64,000 nucleotides of DNA from an uncultured Gemmatimonadales bacterium (lineage in GTDB: Bacteria > Gemmatimonadota > Gemmatimonadetes > Palauibacterales > Palauibacteraceae). The translations under genes and the position numbers were made by a program. Numbering within the stretch: position 1 is the stretch's first letter; each line of letters begins with the position of its first letter. Below the pieces are notes generated by a model that did not search any database, was not told the DNA's origin, and saw only the letters and a program-made list of their open reading frames with translations. The stretch lies in contig CAWANJ010000001.1 of the NCBI GenBank assembly GCA_963783385.1, forward strand, positions 416,001-480,000, read 5' to 3'. Positions 44,753 through 54,360 of this stretch are shown here, piece by piece.

Positions 44753-45507
44753 GAGCCGGCCGACTCCATGGCCGCGAGGGCCTCCTCGTCCACTTCGAAG
44801 TTCGACCACACCTTCTGCACGTCGTCGTGGTCCTCGATCTCCGACAGGAGCTCGAGCAGGCGCTCGGCCTGCCGACCCTCGACCCGCATGGTCGACTTGG
44901 GCACCATGGCCAGGCCGGACTCCCGGATCTCGAGGCCCCGCGCCCGCAGCGCCTCGGCGACTTCGTGGAAGCGGGCCGCGGAGGTCTGGATGCGGTACGC
45001 GTCTCCGTCACGCGTCATGTCATCGGCGCCAGCCTCGAGGGCCGCCTCGAGCGCCACGTCCTCATCGTAGTGCCCGGCGTCCAGCCACACCTCGCCGACC
45101 CGGTCGAACATCCACGCCACCGAGCCGTCACGCCCCAGGTTGCCGTCGTAGCGCTCGAGGAGGTAGCGCAGCTCCTGAACGGTGCGGTTGGCGTTGTCGG
45201 TGACGCATTCCATGAACAGGGCGGCGCCGCCGGGTCCGTACCCCTCGTAGGTGACCTCCTGGTAGTCGACCCCCGGGAGCTCGCCCGTGCCGCGCTGGAT
45301 GGCGCGCTCGATGTTCTCGTTGGGCATGTTCTCGGCCTGCGCGTTGTCGATGGCGGTGCGCAGGCGCGGATTGAACCCCGGATCGCCGCCACTCTCCCGG
45401 GCCGCCACCGCGATCTCCCGGCCCAGCTTGGCGAACAAGCGACCCTTCTGCTTGTCGTTCCTGCCCTTCTGGCGCTTGATCTTGGACCACTTGCTGTGAC
45501 CTGACAA
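44749..45507 (-). CDS. yebC: YebC/PmpR family protein
   Basis: MSGHSKWSKIKRQKG, YEGYGPGG, TDNANRT and DDVQKVWSN. Confidence 0.95.
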   Translation of the reverse strand: MSGHSKWSKIKRQKGRNDKQKGRLFAKLGREIAVAARESGGDPGFNPRLRTAIDNAQAENMPNENIERAIQRGTGELPGVDYQEVTYEGYGPGGAALFMECVTDNANRTVQELRYLLERYDGNLGRDGSVAWMFDRVGEVWLDAGHYDEDVALEAALEAGADDMTRDGDAYRIQTSAARFHEVAEALRARGLEIRESGLAMVPKSTMRVEGRQAERLLELLSEIEDHDDVQKVWSNFEVDEEALAAMESAGS

Positions 45508-45606
45508 CCGGATGCTCCCGCGTGGAATGCCCGAGTGGTGCGAAGCCGCTCCGGGAGCCCGCCGCCGGGCTCGCGCGGGGCCCGTGCTCCCGGAATTTCT
45601 CTACCC

Positions 45607-45636
45607 TCCGCGCCGGGGCGTGTGCCCCGGCGCGGA
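45607..45636 (-). terminator. 13-bp perfect stem-loop downstream of the EF-G gene
   Basis: TCCGCGCCGGGGC-gtgt-GCCCCGGCGCGGA, 7 nt after the stop; no U-tract. Confidence 0.45.
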
Positions 45637-45643
45637 CGGCCCC

Positions 45644-47743
45644 TCAGGAGGCCTGGCGCTCCTCCTGCGACCGGGCGATGACCCGCTCGGTCACGTCGGC
45701 CGGCGCGCGCTCGTAGCCGTGCAGCCGCCGGGCGTGCATGCCCTTGCCGTGGGTGAGGGAGCGCAGCGCCGCCGAGTATCGGTACAGCTCGGCCTGGGGG
45801 ACCATGGCCCGGACGAGCTGCAGGTGGCCGCGGGCCTCGATGCCCAGGACCCGGCCCCGGCGACCGTTCAGGTCGCCGATGATGTCGCCCATGTACTCCT
45901 CGGGCGTGGTGACCTCGATCTCCATGATCGGTTCGAGCAGCACCGGCCCCGCCTTCTGGGCCACGTGCTTGAACGCCATGGAGCCGGCCACCTTGAACGC
46001 CTGCTCGGAGCTGTCCACCGAGTGGTGCGAACCGTCGTACACCTCGGCCTGGAAGTCCACGACGGGGTAGCCGGCCAGCACCCCTCGAGCGGCGGCCTCC
46101 CGGATGCCGTGGTCGACGGCGGACACGAACTTGTTGGGGATCACGCCCCCCTTGATCGCATCCACGAACTCGTAGTCGGATCCATGCGGCAGGGGCCTGA
46201 GCCGCACCCAGCAGTCCCCGTACTGGCCCCGTCCACCCGTCTGCTTCTTGTAGCGGCCCTGCCCCTCGGCCTCCCTGGTGAGCGTCTCACGGTAGGGGAT
46301 GCGCGGCTCCTCGGTTTGGACCTCCACTCCGTACTTCCGGAGCAGCTTCTCCAGGGTGACGTTCAGGTGGAGCTCCCCGAGCCCCCTCGCGATCGTCTGG
46401 CCCAGCTCGGAATCGAACGCGGCCCGGAAGGTGGGATCCTCTTCGTGAAGACGCGTCAGCCCTGTCGAGAGCCGGTCCTCGTCGCCACGGGACGCCGGGG
46501 CCACGGCCACGGCGATGTCCGGCTCCGGCCAGTCGATGGTCTGCAGCCGGAGCGGCCTGGATTCCGAGGCGAGGGTGTCGCCCGTATGCGTGACCTTGAG
46601 CTTGGCGACCACCCCAATGTCGCCGGCGTGCAGCCGACCGACCTCGAGCCGCTCGGACCCGTTCGGGATCGCCAGGTGCGTGATCCGCTCGCTGCCGGAG
46701 CGGCTGGCGTTGGCCAGGGAGTCTCCATTCGAGACCGTGCCCGAGAACACGCGGAAGAAGCTGAGCTCGCCGGCGTGCGGCTCGGCCGTCGTCTTGAACA
46801 CCAGAGCCGTCGCCGACTCCGAGTCCGAGCCGGTCAGCTCCACGGGCTCGCCGTCCCGATCCTCGGCCAGGTACGGCCCCGCCTCGTTGGGAGACGGCAG
46901 CAGCTCGACCAGCTTGTTGAGCACCGCGCGCACGCCCCAGCCGCTCCGCGCCGAGCCGCAGAAGATCGGGAACAGCTCGCCGCGGCGCATGGCCGCGGCC
47001 ATCGCCGACAGGACCCGCTCCCTGTCCAGCTCCTCGCCCTCCAGGTACGCCTCCAGGAGCGCGTCGTCGGTCGTGGCAATGGTCTCGATGAGCTCCTGCC
47101 GGTAGCGCTCGACGCCGGGGCCGAGCTCCTCGGGGATCTCGACCTCCTCGTACTCTCCCCGGTCGCTCCCGGCGCGGTACAGGTGCGCTTTCTGCGAGAA
47201 CAGGTTCACGATCCCGCGGTACTCGTCGCCCGCCCCGATCGGGACCTCGACCGGGATGGCGCCCTCGGCGATCACCGACTTGATCTGTCCGAAGGTCTTT
47301 TCGAACGAGGCGTTCTCCTTGTCCATCATGGAGATGAAGAAGAGGCGCGGCAGTCCGTGGTCGGCGGCCGCGGCCCATACCTTCTCCGTGCCCGCCTCGA
47401 CCCCGGCGACCGCGCTCACCACGACCAGCGCACCATCGGCCACGCGCAGGCCAGCCAGCGTCTCCCCGTAGAAGTCCAGGTAGCCCGGCGTGTCGATCAG
47501 GTTCACCTTGGCGCCCATCCAGGGCGCGTGGGCGACCCCGAGATTGATCGACATGCCGTGCGAGGTCTCTTCCGGCGTGAAGTCCGTGACCGCGTTGCCG
47601 GCCTCCACGGAGCCGCGTCGGCCCGTCGAGCCCGCAATGTAGCACATCGCGTCGGTCAGGCTGGTCTTGCCGCATCCCCCGTGGCCCAGGAGGACGACGT
47701 TGCGGATGCGGTCGGTCGTGTATTCCTGCGCAGAGGCCGCCAT
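45644..47743 (-). CDS. fusA: Elongation factor G paralog (EF-G2-like, outside the str operon)
   Basis: GHGGCGKT, DTPGY, EEDPTF, GLGELHL, KQTGGRGQYG, DGSHHSVDSSE and LLEPIM; no rpsL/rpsG/tuf neighbours. Confidence 0.92.
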   Translation of the reverse strand: MAASAQEYTTDRIRNVVLLGHGGCGKTSLTDAMCYIAGSTGRRGSVEAGNAVTDFTPEETSHGMSINLGVAHAPWMGAKVNLIDTPGYLDFYGETLAGLRVADGALVVVSAVAGVEAGTEKVWAAAADHGLPRLFFISMMDKENASFEKTFGQIKSVIAEGAIPVEVPIGAGDEYRGIVNLFSQKAHLYRAGSDRGEYEEVEIPEELGPGVERYRQELIETIATTDDALLEAYLEGEELDRERVLSAMAAAMRRGELFPIFCGSARSGWGVRAVLNKLVELLPSPNEAGPYLAEDRDGEPVELTGSDSESATALVFKTTAEPHAGELSFFRVFSGTVSNGDSLANASRSGSERITHLAIPNGSERLEVGRLHAGDIGVVAKLKVTHTGDTLASESRPLRLQTIDWPEPDIAVAVAPASRGDEDRLSTGLTRLHEEDPTFRAAFDSELGQTIARGLGELHLNVTLEKLLRKYGVEVQTEEPRIPYRETLTREAEGQGRYKKQTGGRGQYGDCWVRLRPLPHGSDYEFVDAIKGGVIPNKFVSAVDHGIREAAARGVLAGYPVVDFQAEVYDGSHHSVDSSEQAFKVAGSMAFKHVAQKAGPVLLEPIMEIEVTTPEEYMGDIIGDLNGRRGRVLGIEARGHLQLVRAMVPQAELYRYSAALRSLTHGKGMHARRLHGYERAPADVTERVIARSQEERQAS

Positions 47744-47806
47744 GGCCGACTCCTCTCAGAGGCCCGTCGATGAACCGGGGCGGTTGAACCGGTCGTGGGG
47801 CTCCCC

Positions 47807-47835
47807 ATTCTAGGCGAGGAGTCGGAGGATCGAAA
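47807..47835 (-). promoter_or_regulatory. Putative sigma70 promoter for the EF-G paralog
   Basis: -10 TAGAAT (47807-47812) with a weak -35 TTTCGA 17 nt upstream; SD GAGGAG before the ATG. Confidence 0.45.
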
Positions 47836-47867
47836 GGGCCACGCGGGTCCCGGCGGAGGGAGGGCGG

Positions 47868-48782
47868 TCAGCCCCGGTAGCGGCGGCTCATCTCGTCCAG
47901 GAACTCGCGCTCCTCCTCCGTCAGCGAGTCCATCCCGCTCTCGCGGATCTTGTCCAGCACCCGGTCCACCTCGTCCAGGGTGTCCCCGGACGGTCGGCGG
48001 CGGGAGTGCGGCCGTCCCGCGGAGGTCGAGCGGGGACGGGACGCGGCGTCGCCGCGCCCGACGCGCGCCGCTCCGCGCCGTCCCCTACCGGTCCAGCGCG
48101 TCCACCGGCGACCCACCGCCGACAGCCCCCGGTCCAGGACGGTGCCCCAACGGAGGTAGAGGTAACCGGTCACCAGTCCGCCGAGGTGCGCCCACTCGGC
48201 CACGGGACCGCCGCGGGCCACGAAGGTGGCCCACACGGCCACGCCGGCCAGGAAGGTCACGAACCACTTGGCCTTGATGGGGAGGATCCCCCACACGTAG
48301 ATGGGCGCGTCCGGCCAGCGCAGGGCGAAAGCGAGCATCACCCCGTAGATGGCGGCCGACGCCCCGATCACGGTGGGCGTCCCGATGAGGGGGATGAGCA
48401 CCACCGAGGCCAGCGCCCCGCCCAGTCCGGCCACAATGTAGAAGCGGATGAAGGCGGTCCCGCCCCAGGCGCGCTCCAGCGGAGGTCCGAAGAAGAACAG
48501 GACCAGCATGTTGAAGAACACGTGCAGGAAGCCGCCGTGCACGAACATGTAGGTGAGCGGCGACCAGGGGTGCACGAGGAGGCGCGCCGGCGAGAAGCCG
48601 AACACGTACGCCGTCCAGTCCAGGGGGAGGAGCCGCACGGCGTTGAGGAGCCAGATGATGCCGTTGGCCACGATGAGGCGCGTGACCCAGGGCGTGAAGA
48701 AGCGCCCGAGCCGACCGGCGGGCCCCCCGCCGAATCCGCCCCCGCCCGAGCCGTAACTGTACGATCGCTCCGCGTAGCTCAT
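47868..48782 (-). CDS. Rhomboid family intramembrane serine protease
   Basis: TYMFVHGGFLHVFFNML, GASAA and AHLGG; C-terminal EVDRVLDKIRESGMDSLTEEEREFL helix bundle. Confidence 0.92.
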   Translation of the reverse strand: MSYAERSYSYGSGGGGFGGGPAGRLGRFFTPWVTRLIVANGIIWLLNAVRLLPLDWTAYVFGFSPARLLVHPWSPLTYMFVHGGFLHVFFNMLVLFFFGPPLERAWGGTAFIRFYIVAGLGGALASVVLIPLIGTPTVIGASAAIYGVMLAFALRWPDAPIYVWGILPIKAKWFVTFLAGVAVWATFVARGGPVAEWAHLGGLVTGYLYLRWGTVLDRGLSAVGRRWTRWTGRGRRGAARVGRGDAASRPRSTSAGRPHSRRRPSGDTLDEVDRVLDKIRESGMDSLTEEEREFLDEMSRRYRG

Positions 48783-48831
48783 GATCCCCCGTGCCCCGGT
48801 CGAACCCCTCCGGCCGGGCGCCGTTCCCCGA

Positions 48832-49854
48832 TCAGGCGGCTCCGTCGGATCGAGGAGCGATGGCGAGGCGCACGATCCGGTCGCAGAGCTCCGGGAAGGA
48901 GAGGCCGGCCGCCGCGCCCGCCTTGGGGACGAGGCTGTTGGCGCTCATGCCGGGCAGCGCGTTGGCCTCCAGACACCAGGGCGTACCGTCTCCGTCCAGC
49001 ATGAAGTCGATGCGGCTGAAGCCCTCCAGCTTCAGTGCCCGGTGGGCGGCCATGGCGGTACTCCGCACGCGTCCGGCCACCGCAGCCGGCAGGTCGGCGG
49101 GAAAGATCTCGCGGGCCATCCCCGGCTGATACTTGCATTCGTAGTCGAAGACCTCGTGCTCGGGGATGATCTCCCCCACGGGCAGCGCCTCGTCTCCCAC
49201 GACCGCCACGGTCAACTCCCGACCTTGCACGAAGCGCTCCACGAGCACCTCCGTGTCGTAGCGCCGCGCCGCGCGGATGGCGGTCGGGAGCGCATCCGCT
49301 TCGCGCACCACGGAGAGCCCGACGGTGGAGCCTTCCCGGTTGGGCTTGACCACCACGGGCAGCCCCGGCTCCTCCGCCCGGACGTCGGCGTCGGCGGCCG
49401 CGGTCACGGTGCGCCACGGCGGAGTGGGGATCCCCGCCTGCAGGAAGAGCCGCTTGGCGACCTCCTTGTCCATGGCCAGGGCGCAGCCCAGGTGGCGGCT
49501 GCCCGTGAACGTCACTCCGGCCAGCTCGAGGAGCGCCTGGAGGGTGCCGTCCTCCCCCACGCCGCCGTGCAGGATGGGGAAGAGCACGTCGGCGTCCGAC
49601 ACCTCGGGCAGGGCCAGGAGGTCCGCGAGCACGCCGACGCCCAGCGGCGCCAGACCTTCCCACGCCGGCGGCGCCGCGCGCACGCCGCGCGCCGCGATCT
49701 CGTCCTCCATTGCCACGGACAGGGGCCCGGACGCCGTGTCGATGGCCACGACGTCGTGGCCGGCCCGACGCAGCGCGCGCGTCACCTGCACGCCGGAGTC
49801 CAGCGACACCTCGCGCTCGGCCGAGGCGCCGCCCAGGAGCACCGCGATTCTCAC
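48832..49854 (-). CDS. ddl: D-alanine--D-alanine ligase
   Basis: GGASAEREVSL, LHGGVGEDG, MDK, KPNREGSTVG, FDYECKY, SRIDF and EANALPG. Confidence 0.94.
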   Translation of the reverse strand: MRIAVLLGGASAEREVSLDSGVQVTRALRRAGHDVVAIDTASGPLSVAMEDEIAARGVRAAPPAWEGLAPLGVGVLADLLALPEVSDADVLFPILHGGVGEDGTLQALLELAGVTFTGSRHLGCALAMDKEVAKRLFLQAGIPTPPWRTVTAAADADVRAEEPGLPVVVKPNREGSTVGLSVVREADALPTAIRAARRYDTEVLVERFVQGRELTVAVVGDEALPVGEIIPEHEVFDYECKYQPGMAREIFPADLPAAVAGRVRSTAMAAHRALKLEGFSRIDFMLDGDGTPWCLEANALPGMSANSLVPKAGAAAGLSFPELCDRIVRLAIAPRSDGAA

Positions 49855-49858
49855 CGGC

Positions 49859-51254
49859 TCAATCGCCCATGAGGTGGTGGAGGAGGTCGTACCGGGTCAG
49901 GATCCCGATGATGACGCCCCCGTCCTCGACCAGGACGGCGGGCACGTCGCGCGTCAGCCGACGGCTCAGGGCGTTGATCTCGACGGTGGCGTCCACGACC
50001 GGAAACGCGCCGCCGGCCAGCTCTCCGACGGGTCGGTCCAGGTTGTCGGGGTCGTCCAGGGCCGCCGACATCAGGGTCGCTTCCGTGACCGAGCCCTGCG
50101 GCCGGCCCTCGGACAGCACCGGGAGCTGCGAGACGTTGTGCGCCTCGATGAGGGCCAGGGCTTCCCGGACCGTGGCCTCGGGCGGGACGGAGACGAGCGC
50201 TTCCGTCCCCGGCACCCGCTTGGTACCGAGCAGGTAGTCGGCCGTCACCCGCTCGGGCCGGAGCATCTCGATTCTCCCGCATCCACTCTTCGTTGTAGAG
50301 CTTGGAGAGGTAGCGCTCGCCCGTATCACACAGGATGCACACCACGCAGGCCTCCGGGTCGTCGACCTCCTTGGCCACGTGCACCGCCAGGGCCACGTTG
50401 AGCCCCGTGGACCCGCCCACGAACATCCCCTCCTCGCGCGTGACCCGGCGCGCCATGAGGAAGGACTCCCGGTCTCCCACCGTCCGGAACTCGTCGATGA
50501 GCTCGAAGTCGAGCGTGCCGGGGATCTTGTCGTTCCCGATCCCCTCGACCTTGTAGGGGGCGTGGGGTCCCTTCTCTCTCGTGGCGAAGTATCGGGCGAA
50601 GATGGAGCCCGCCGGATCGCCGGCGATCACGCGAATGGAAGGGTCCTTCTCCTTGAGGAACCGGGCCACCCCGGTGATCGTGCCACCCGTGCCCGCCGAG
50701 GCGACGAAGTGGGTGACGCGGCCCTCGGTCTGCTCCCAGATCTCCGGTCCCGTGGTCTCGTAGTGGGCCTGCGGATTCACCGGATTGAAGAACTGGTCGG
50801 CCAGCACGGCGTCGGGACGTTCGGCCGCGATGCGGCGCGCCACGTTGCCGTAGTAATCCGGGTGGTCGGGCTCTACGGCCGAGGGCGTGACGATGACCTC
50901 GGCCCCGTAGCCCTTGAGGAGCCGCACCTTCTCGGCACTCATCTTGTCCGGGATCACGAACACGCAGCGGTAGCCCTTGACCGCCGCGGCCAGCGCCAGG
51001 CCGACCCCCGTGTTGCCGGAGGTCCCCTCGACCACCGTGCCGCCGGGGCGCAGGCGCCCCTCCCGCTCGGCCTCCTCGATGATCTTGACCCCGATGCGGT
51101 CCTTGACGGAGCCGCCGGGGTTGGCCTGCTCCGCCTTCCCGTAAAGGGGAGTGCGCGCGCCGTCGACCACCCTGCGCAGACGGATGAGCGGCGTCCAGCC
51201 GATCGTCTCCAGCACGCTGTCGTAGGGACGTCGATGCGGCGGGGGCTGAGTCAT
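49859..51254 (-). CDS. Cystathionine beta-synthase with C-terminal CBS pair, apparent frameshift near 50271
   Basis: NPGGSVKDR, EGTSGNTG, GTGGT, VEGIG and CDTGERYLSK; the CBS tandem (SQLPV, GILTRYDLL) continues in the +1 frame. Confidence 0.88.
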
Positions 51255-51667
51255 GGCTCGTGGACCTCTTCCGGGAGCGGGTAGCGCACCGGCAGCACCG
51301 CCCACACGGCCACGGGGCGGTCGCCCTGACGGGCCGGACGGTAACGAAGCCGGCGCGCTCCGGCCAGCGCCGCCGAGTCCAGCACCGGGTAGCCGCTCGA
51401 CGTGACAACGTAGGCGGAGTCCACCGTCCCGTCCGTGTCGATGTGGATCCTGAGACGCGTCTCGCCGCCGATGCGGGCCTGCCATGCCTGGTCGGGGTAG
51501 TCGAACGGCGACTGCTGGTTCTGCATCACCGGGACGCGGAAGGAGCCGCTCCGGACGCCGAGGCGGAGGCCGCCCAGGACCGGGCTGACCGTGTCGGCGC
51601 AGCCCGCGAGGAGCGGAACCGCCAGCACCACCGACGCCACCAGCGCGGCGCCGCGTCCGACTCTCAC
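51251..51667 (-). CDS. TonB C-terminal domain lipoprotein
   Basis: Lipobox PLLAGC; YPDQAWQARIGG, IDTDGTV, SSGYPVLDSAAL and YRPARQGDRPV. Confidence 0.82.
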   Translation of the reverse strand: MRVGRGAALVASVVLAVPLLAGCADTVSPVLGGLRLGVRSGSFRVPVMQNQQSPFDYPDQAWQARIGGETRLRIHIDTDGTVDSAYVVTSSGYPVLDSAALAGARRLRYRPARQGDRPVAVWAVLPVRYPLPEEVHEP

Positions 51668-54360
51668 GGCTCGCCTCCCGGGAGCGGACGCCGCGGGGGC
51701 GCATCCGCTGCACCCGGCTCCTCGAGGCCCGCCAGCCGTCGAAGCTCCGCCAGCGCCTGCAGCGCCTCGAGCGGCGTCGTCCGGTCGAGGTCCAGGTCCG
51801 TCAGCCTCTGGAGCACGTCGACGGCGGAGACCCGCGGGCCCGACCCTCCCTCCGGCACCTCCTCCCCGTCCACGGCGGGGACCCCGCCGGCGGCCGCCTC
51901 CGGCTCGAACAGGCTGAGCTGCGGCCGGCCCTCGTTGACGAGACTGGCCAGCCGCGTCCCGGCCCCGCTCTCGCCGCCCTCGAGGACCCGCAGCACCTCC
52001 GCAGCGCGCTCCACCACCGGGGCCGGCAGGCCCGCCAGCCGGCCCACGTGCACGCCGTAGGAGCGGTCGCTGCCTCCCGGTACTACCCGCCGCAAGAACA
52101 CGATGTCCTCACCGGTCTCCCGCACCGCCACGTTGAAGGCCCCGACGCCCTCGAGCCGGTCCGCCAGCTCGACGAGCTCGTGGTAGTGGGTCGCGAAGAT
52201 CGTCCGGGCCCCCACCACGTCGTGGATGTACTCCGTCACGGCCCAGGCGATCGACACGCCGTCGTAGGTCGAGGTGCCGCGCCCGATCTCGTCCAGGAGC
52301 ACCAGGCTCCGATCGGTGGCCCCGTTGAGGATGGTGGCGGTCTCGGTCATCTCGACCATGAAGGTGCTCTGACCGCGGACCAGGTTGTCGGAGGCGCCCA
52401 CGCGGGTGAAGATCCGGTCGCACAGCCCGATCCGGGCCCGGTCCGCCGGCACGAAGGCGCCGATCTGCGCCATGAGCGCGATGAGGCCGACCTGCCGTAG
52501 CACGGTGGACTTCCCGGACATGTTGGGGCCCGTGAGGACCATCACCCGCGTGCCGCGGTCCAGGACCACGTCGTTGGGGATGAACGCCTCCCGGGCCATC
52601 ATGCGCTCGACCACCGGGTGTCGCCCTCCCCGGATCTCGAGGCGGTAGCCGTCGTCGACCTCGGGCCGGACGTATCCCTCCCGCACCGCGACCTCGGCCA
52701 GCGACGCCAGCACGTCGGTCCGCGCCACGCGGTCGGCGGCGGCCTGGAGACGGCCGACCTCCTCGGCGAGCGCCGCCCGGACCTCCCCGTACAGCTCGGA
52801 CTCGAGGCTCGCGATGGCCTCCTCGGCCCCCACGACCTTCTCCTCCCACTCCTTGAGCTCGGGGGTGAAGTAGCGCTCGGCGTTGGTGAGCGTCTGCTTG
52901 CGGTGGTAGTCGTCCGGGACCCGGCCGAGGTGCGTCTTCGTCACCTCGAGGTAGTACCCGAACACCTTGTTGTAGCCCACCTTGAGACTTCCGATGCCGG
53001 TCCGCTCGCGCTCCCGTGCCTGCAGGTCCGCGATGAAGTCGACCGCGTGGTCACGGGTGTCGCGCAGCGCGTCGAGCGCCTCCGAGAAGCCCCGGCGGAT
53101 CACCCCGCCGTCCTTGAGGGTCGCCGGCGCCTCCGGATCGATGGCGCGGCGGATGGCGTCCGCCACGTCGTCGAGGGGATCGAAGCCGGCGGCCAGGTCG
53201 CGCAGAACGGCCGAAGACGCGCCCTCGAGGCCGGCCGCCAGCGCCGGGAGGACGTCCAGGGAGCCGACCAGGGCGAGGAGCTCCCTCGGAGCCGCACGAG
53301 CGGTCGCGATCTTGGCGGCCAGGCGCTCCAGGTCGCGTACATCCGCCAGAGCGATCCTCAGCGCACGGCGACGGTCCTCGGCCTCGACCAGCTCCGCCAC
53401 CCCGGCCTGCCGGTAGTGGATTCCGTCCAGGTCGAGGAGGGGATGGAGCACGCGGCGCCGGAGAAGCCGGCCTCCCATGGCCGTGCGAGTCCGATCCAGC
53501 ACCTCGAGCAGCGTCCCGCCCCCCTCGGGCCGGAGCGGGCTCACCAGCTCCAGGTTGCGGCGCGTCATCTCGTCGAGGTGCATGTAGCGGCCGGCCCGTT
53601 CGACGCGCGGCGGCCGCAGGTGCTCGACCCCGGCGGGCCGCACCTCGCGCAGGTAGGCCACCAGCGCCCCGGCCGCCGAGACGACGTGGGGCTCCTCCGC
53701 CGCACGGAAGCCGAACCCCTCGGTCCCGGCCACCCCGAACTGATCGCGCAGCGCCTCGTCCGCCATCGCCGGCTCGAAACGCCAGGGCGCCAGCCGGCTC
53801 ACGGTCCACGGCCCGGACGGTGCGCCTCCCTCGTCGCCCTCGGCCACGACGAGCTCGGCGGGCTCGAGACGCGCCAGCTGGTCGGCGACCTCGTCCGCCC
53901 GCACCGACCACAGCTCGAACTCGCCCGTCGACAGGTCCGCCGTGGCCACTCCGACGGGATCCCGCCCGGCGAGCACCACGATGAAGTTGTTGCGGTCGGC
54001 CGTGAGGAGGCCGTCCTCGAGGACGGTTCCCGGCGTGATCGTCTCGACGACCTCCCGGCGCACGAGGCCGTCCGCCTCCGCCGCGTCCTCGACCTGCTCG
54101 CAGATGGCCACCCGCCGGCCCGAGCGCAGCAGTCGCGGCAGGTACTCATCCACCGCCTTCACCGGGATGCCGGCCAGGGGGACGTCCCCCTGGCCGCCGT
54201 TGTTCCGCGACGTGAGCGTGAGGCCCAGGAGCCGGCTCCCCTCGGCCGCATCGTCGAAGAACATCTCGTAGAAGTCGCCCACCCGGAAGAAGAGGAGCGC
54301 CTCCGGGTGGCGCGCCTTGATGTCCAGGTACTGCTGGATCAGGGGCGTATGCTCGCTCAT
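51664..54360 (-). CDS. mutS: DNA mismatch repair protein MutS
   Basis: HTPLIQQY, GDFYEMF, TGPNMSGKST, STFMVEM, DEIGRGTSTYDG, ATHYHEL and SYGVHVG. Confidence 0.97.
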   Translation of the reverse strand: MSEHTPLIQQYLDIKARHPEALLFFRVGDFYEMFFDDAAEGSRLLGLTLTSRNNGGQGDVPLAGIPVKAVDEYLPRLLRSGRRVAICEQVEDAAEADGLVRREVVETITPGTVLEDGLLTADRNNFIVVLAGRDPVGVATADLSTGEFELWSVRADEVADQLARLEPAELVVAEGDEGGAPSGPWTVSRLAPWRFEPAMADEALRDQFGVAGTEGFGFRAAEEPHVVSAAGALVAYLREVRPAGVEHLRPPRVERAGRYMHLDEMTRRNLELVSPLRPEGGGTLLEVLDRTRTAMGGRLLRRRVLHPLLDLDGIHYRQAGVAELVEAEDRRRALRIALADVRDLERLAAKIATARAAPRELLALVGSLDVLPALAAGLEGASSAVLRDLAAGFDPLDDVADAIRRAIDPEAPATLKDGGVIRRGFSEALDALRDTRDHAVDFIADLQARERERTGIGSLKVGYNKVFGYYLEVTKTHLGRVPDDYHRKQTLTNAERYFTPELKEWEEKVVGAEEAIASLESELYGEVRAALAEEVGRLQAAADRVARTDVLASLAEVAVREGYVRPEVDDGYRLEIRGGRHPVVERMMAREAFIPNDVVLDRGTRVMVLTGPNMSGKSTVLRQVGLIALMAQIGAFVPADRARIGLCDRIFTRVGASDNLVRGQSTFMVEMTETATILNGATDRSLVLLDEIGRGTSTYDGVSIAWAVTEYIHDVVGARTIFATHYHELVELADRLEGVGAFNVAVRETGEDIVFLRRVVPGGSDRSYGVHVGRLAGLPAPVVERAAEVLRVLEGGESGAGTRLASLVNEGRPQLSLFEPEAAAGGVPAVDGEEVPEGGSGPRVSAVDVLQRLTDLDLDRTTPLEALQALAELRRLAGLEEPGAADAPPRRPLPGGEP

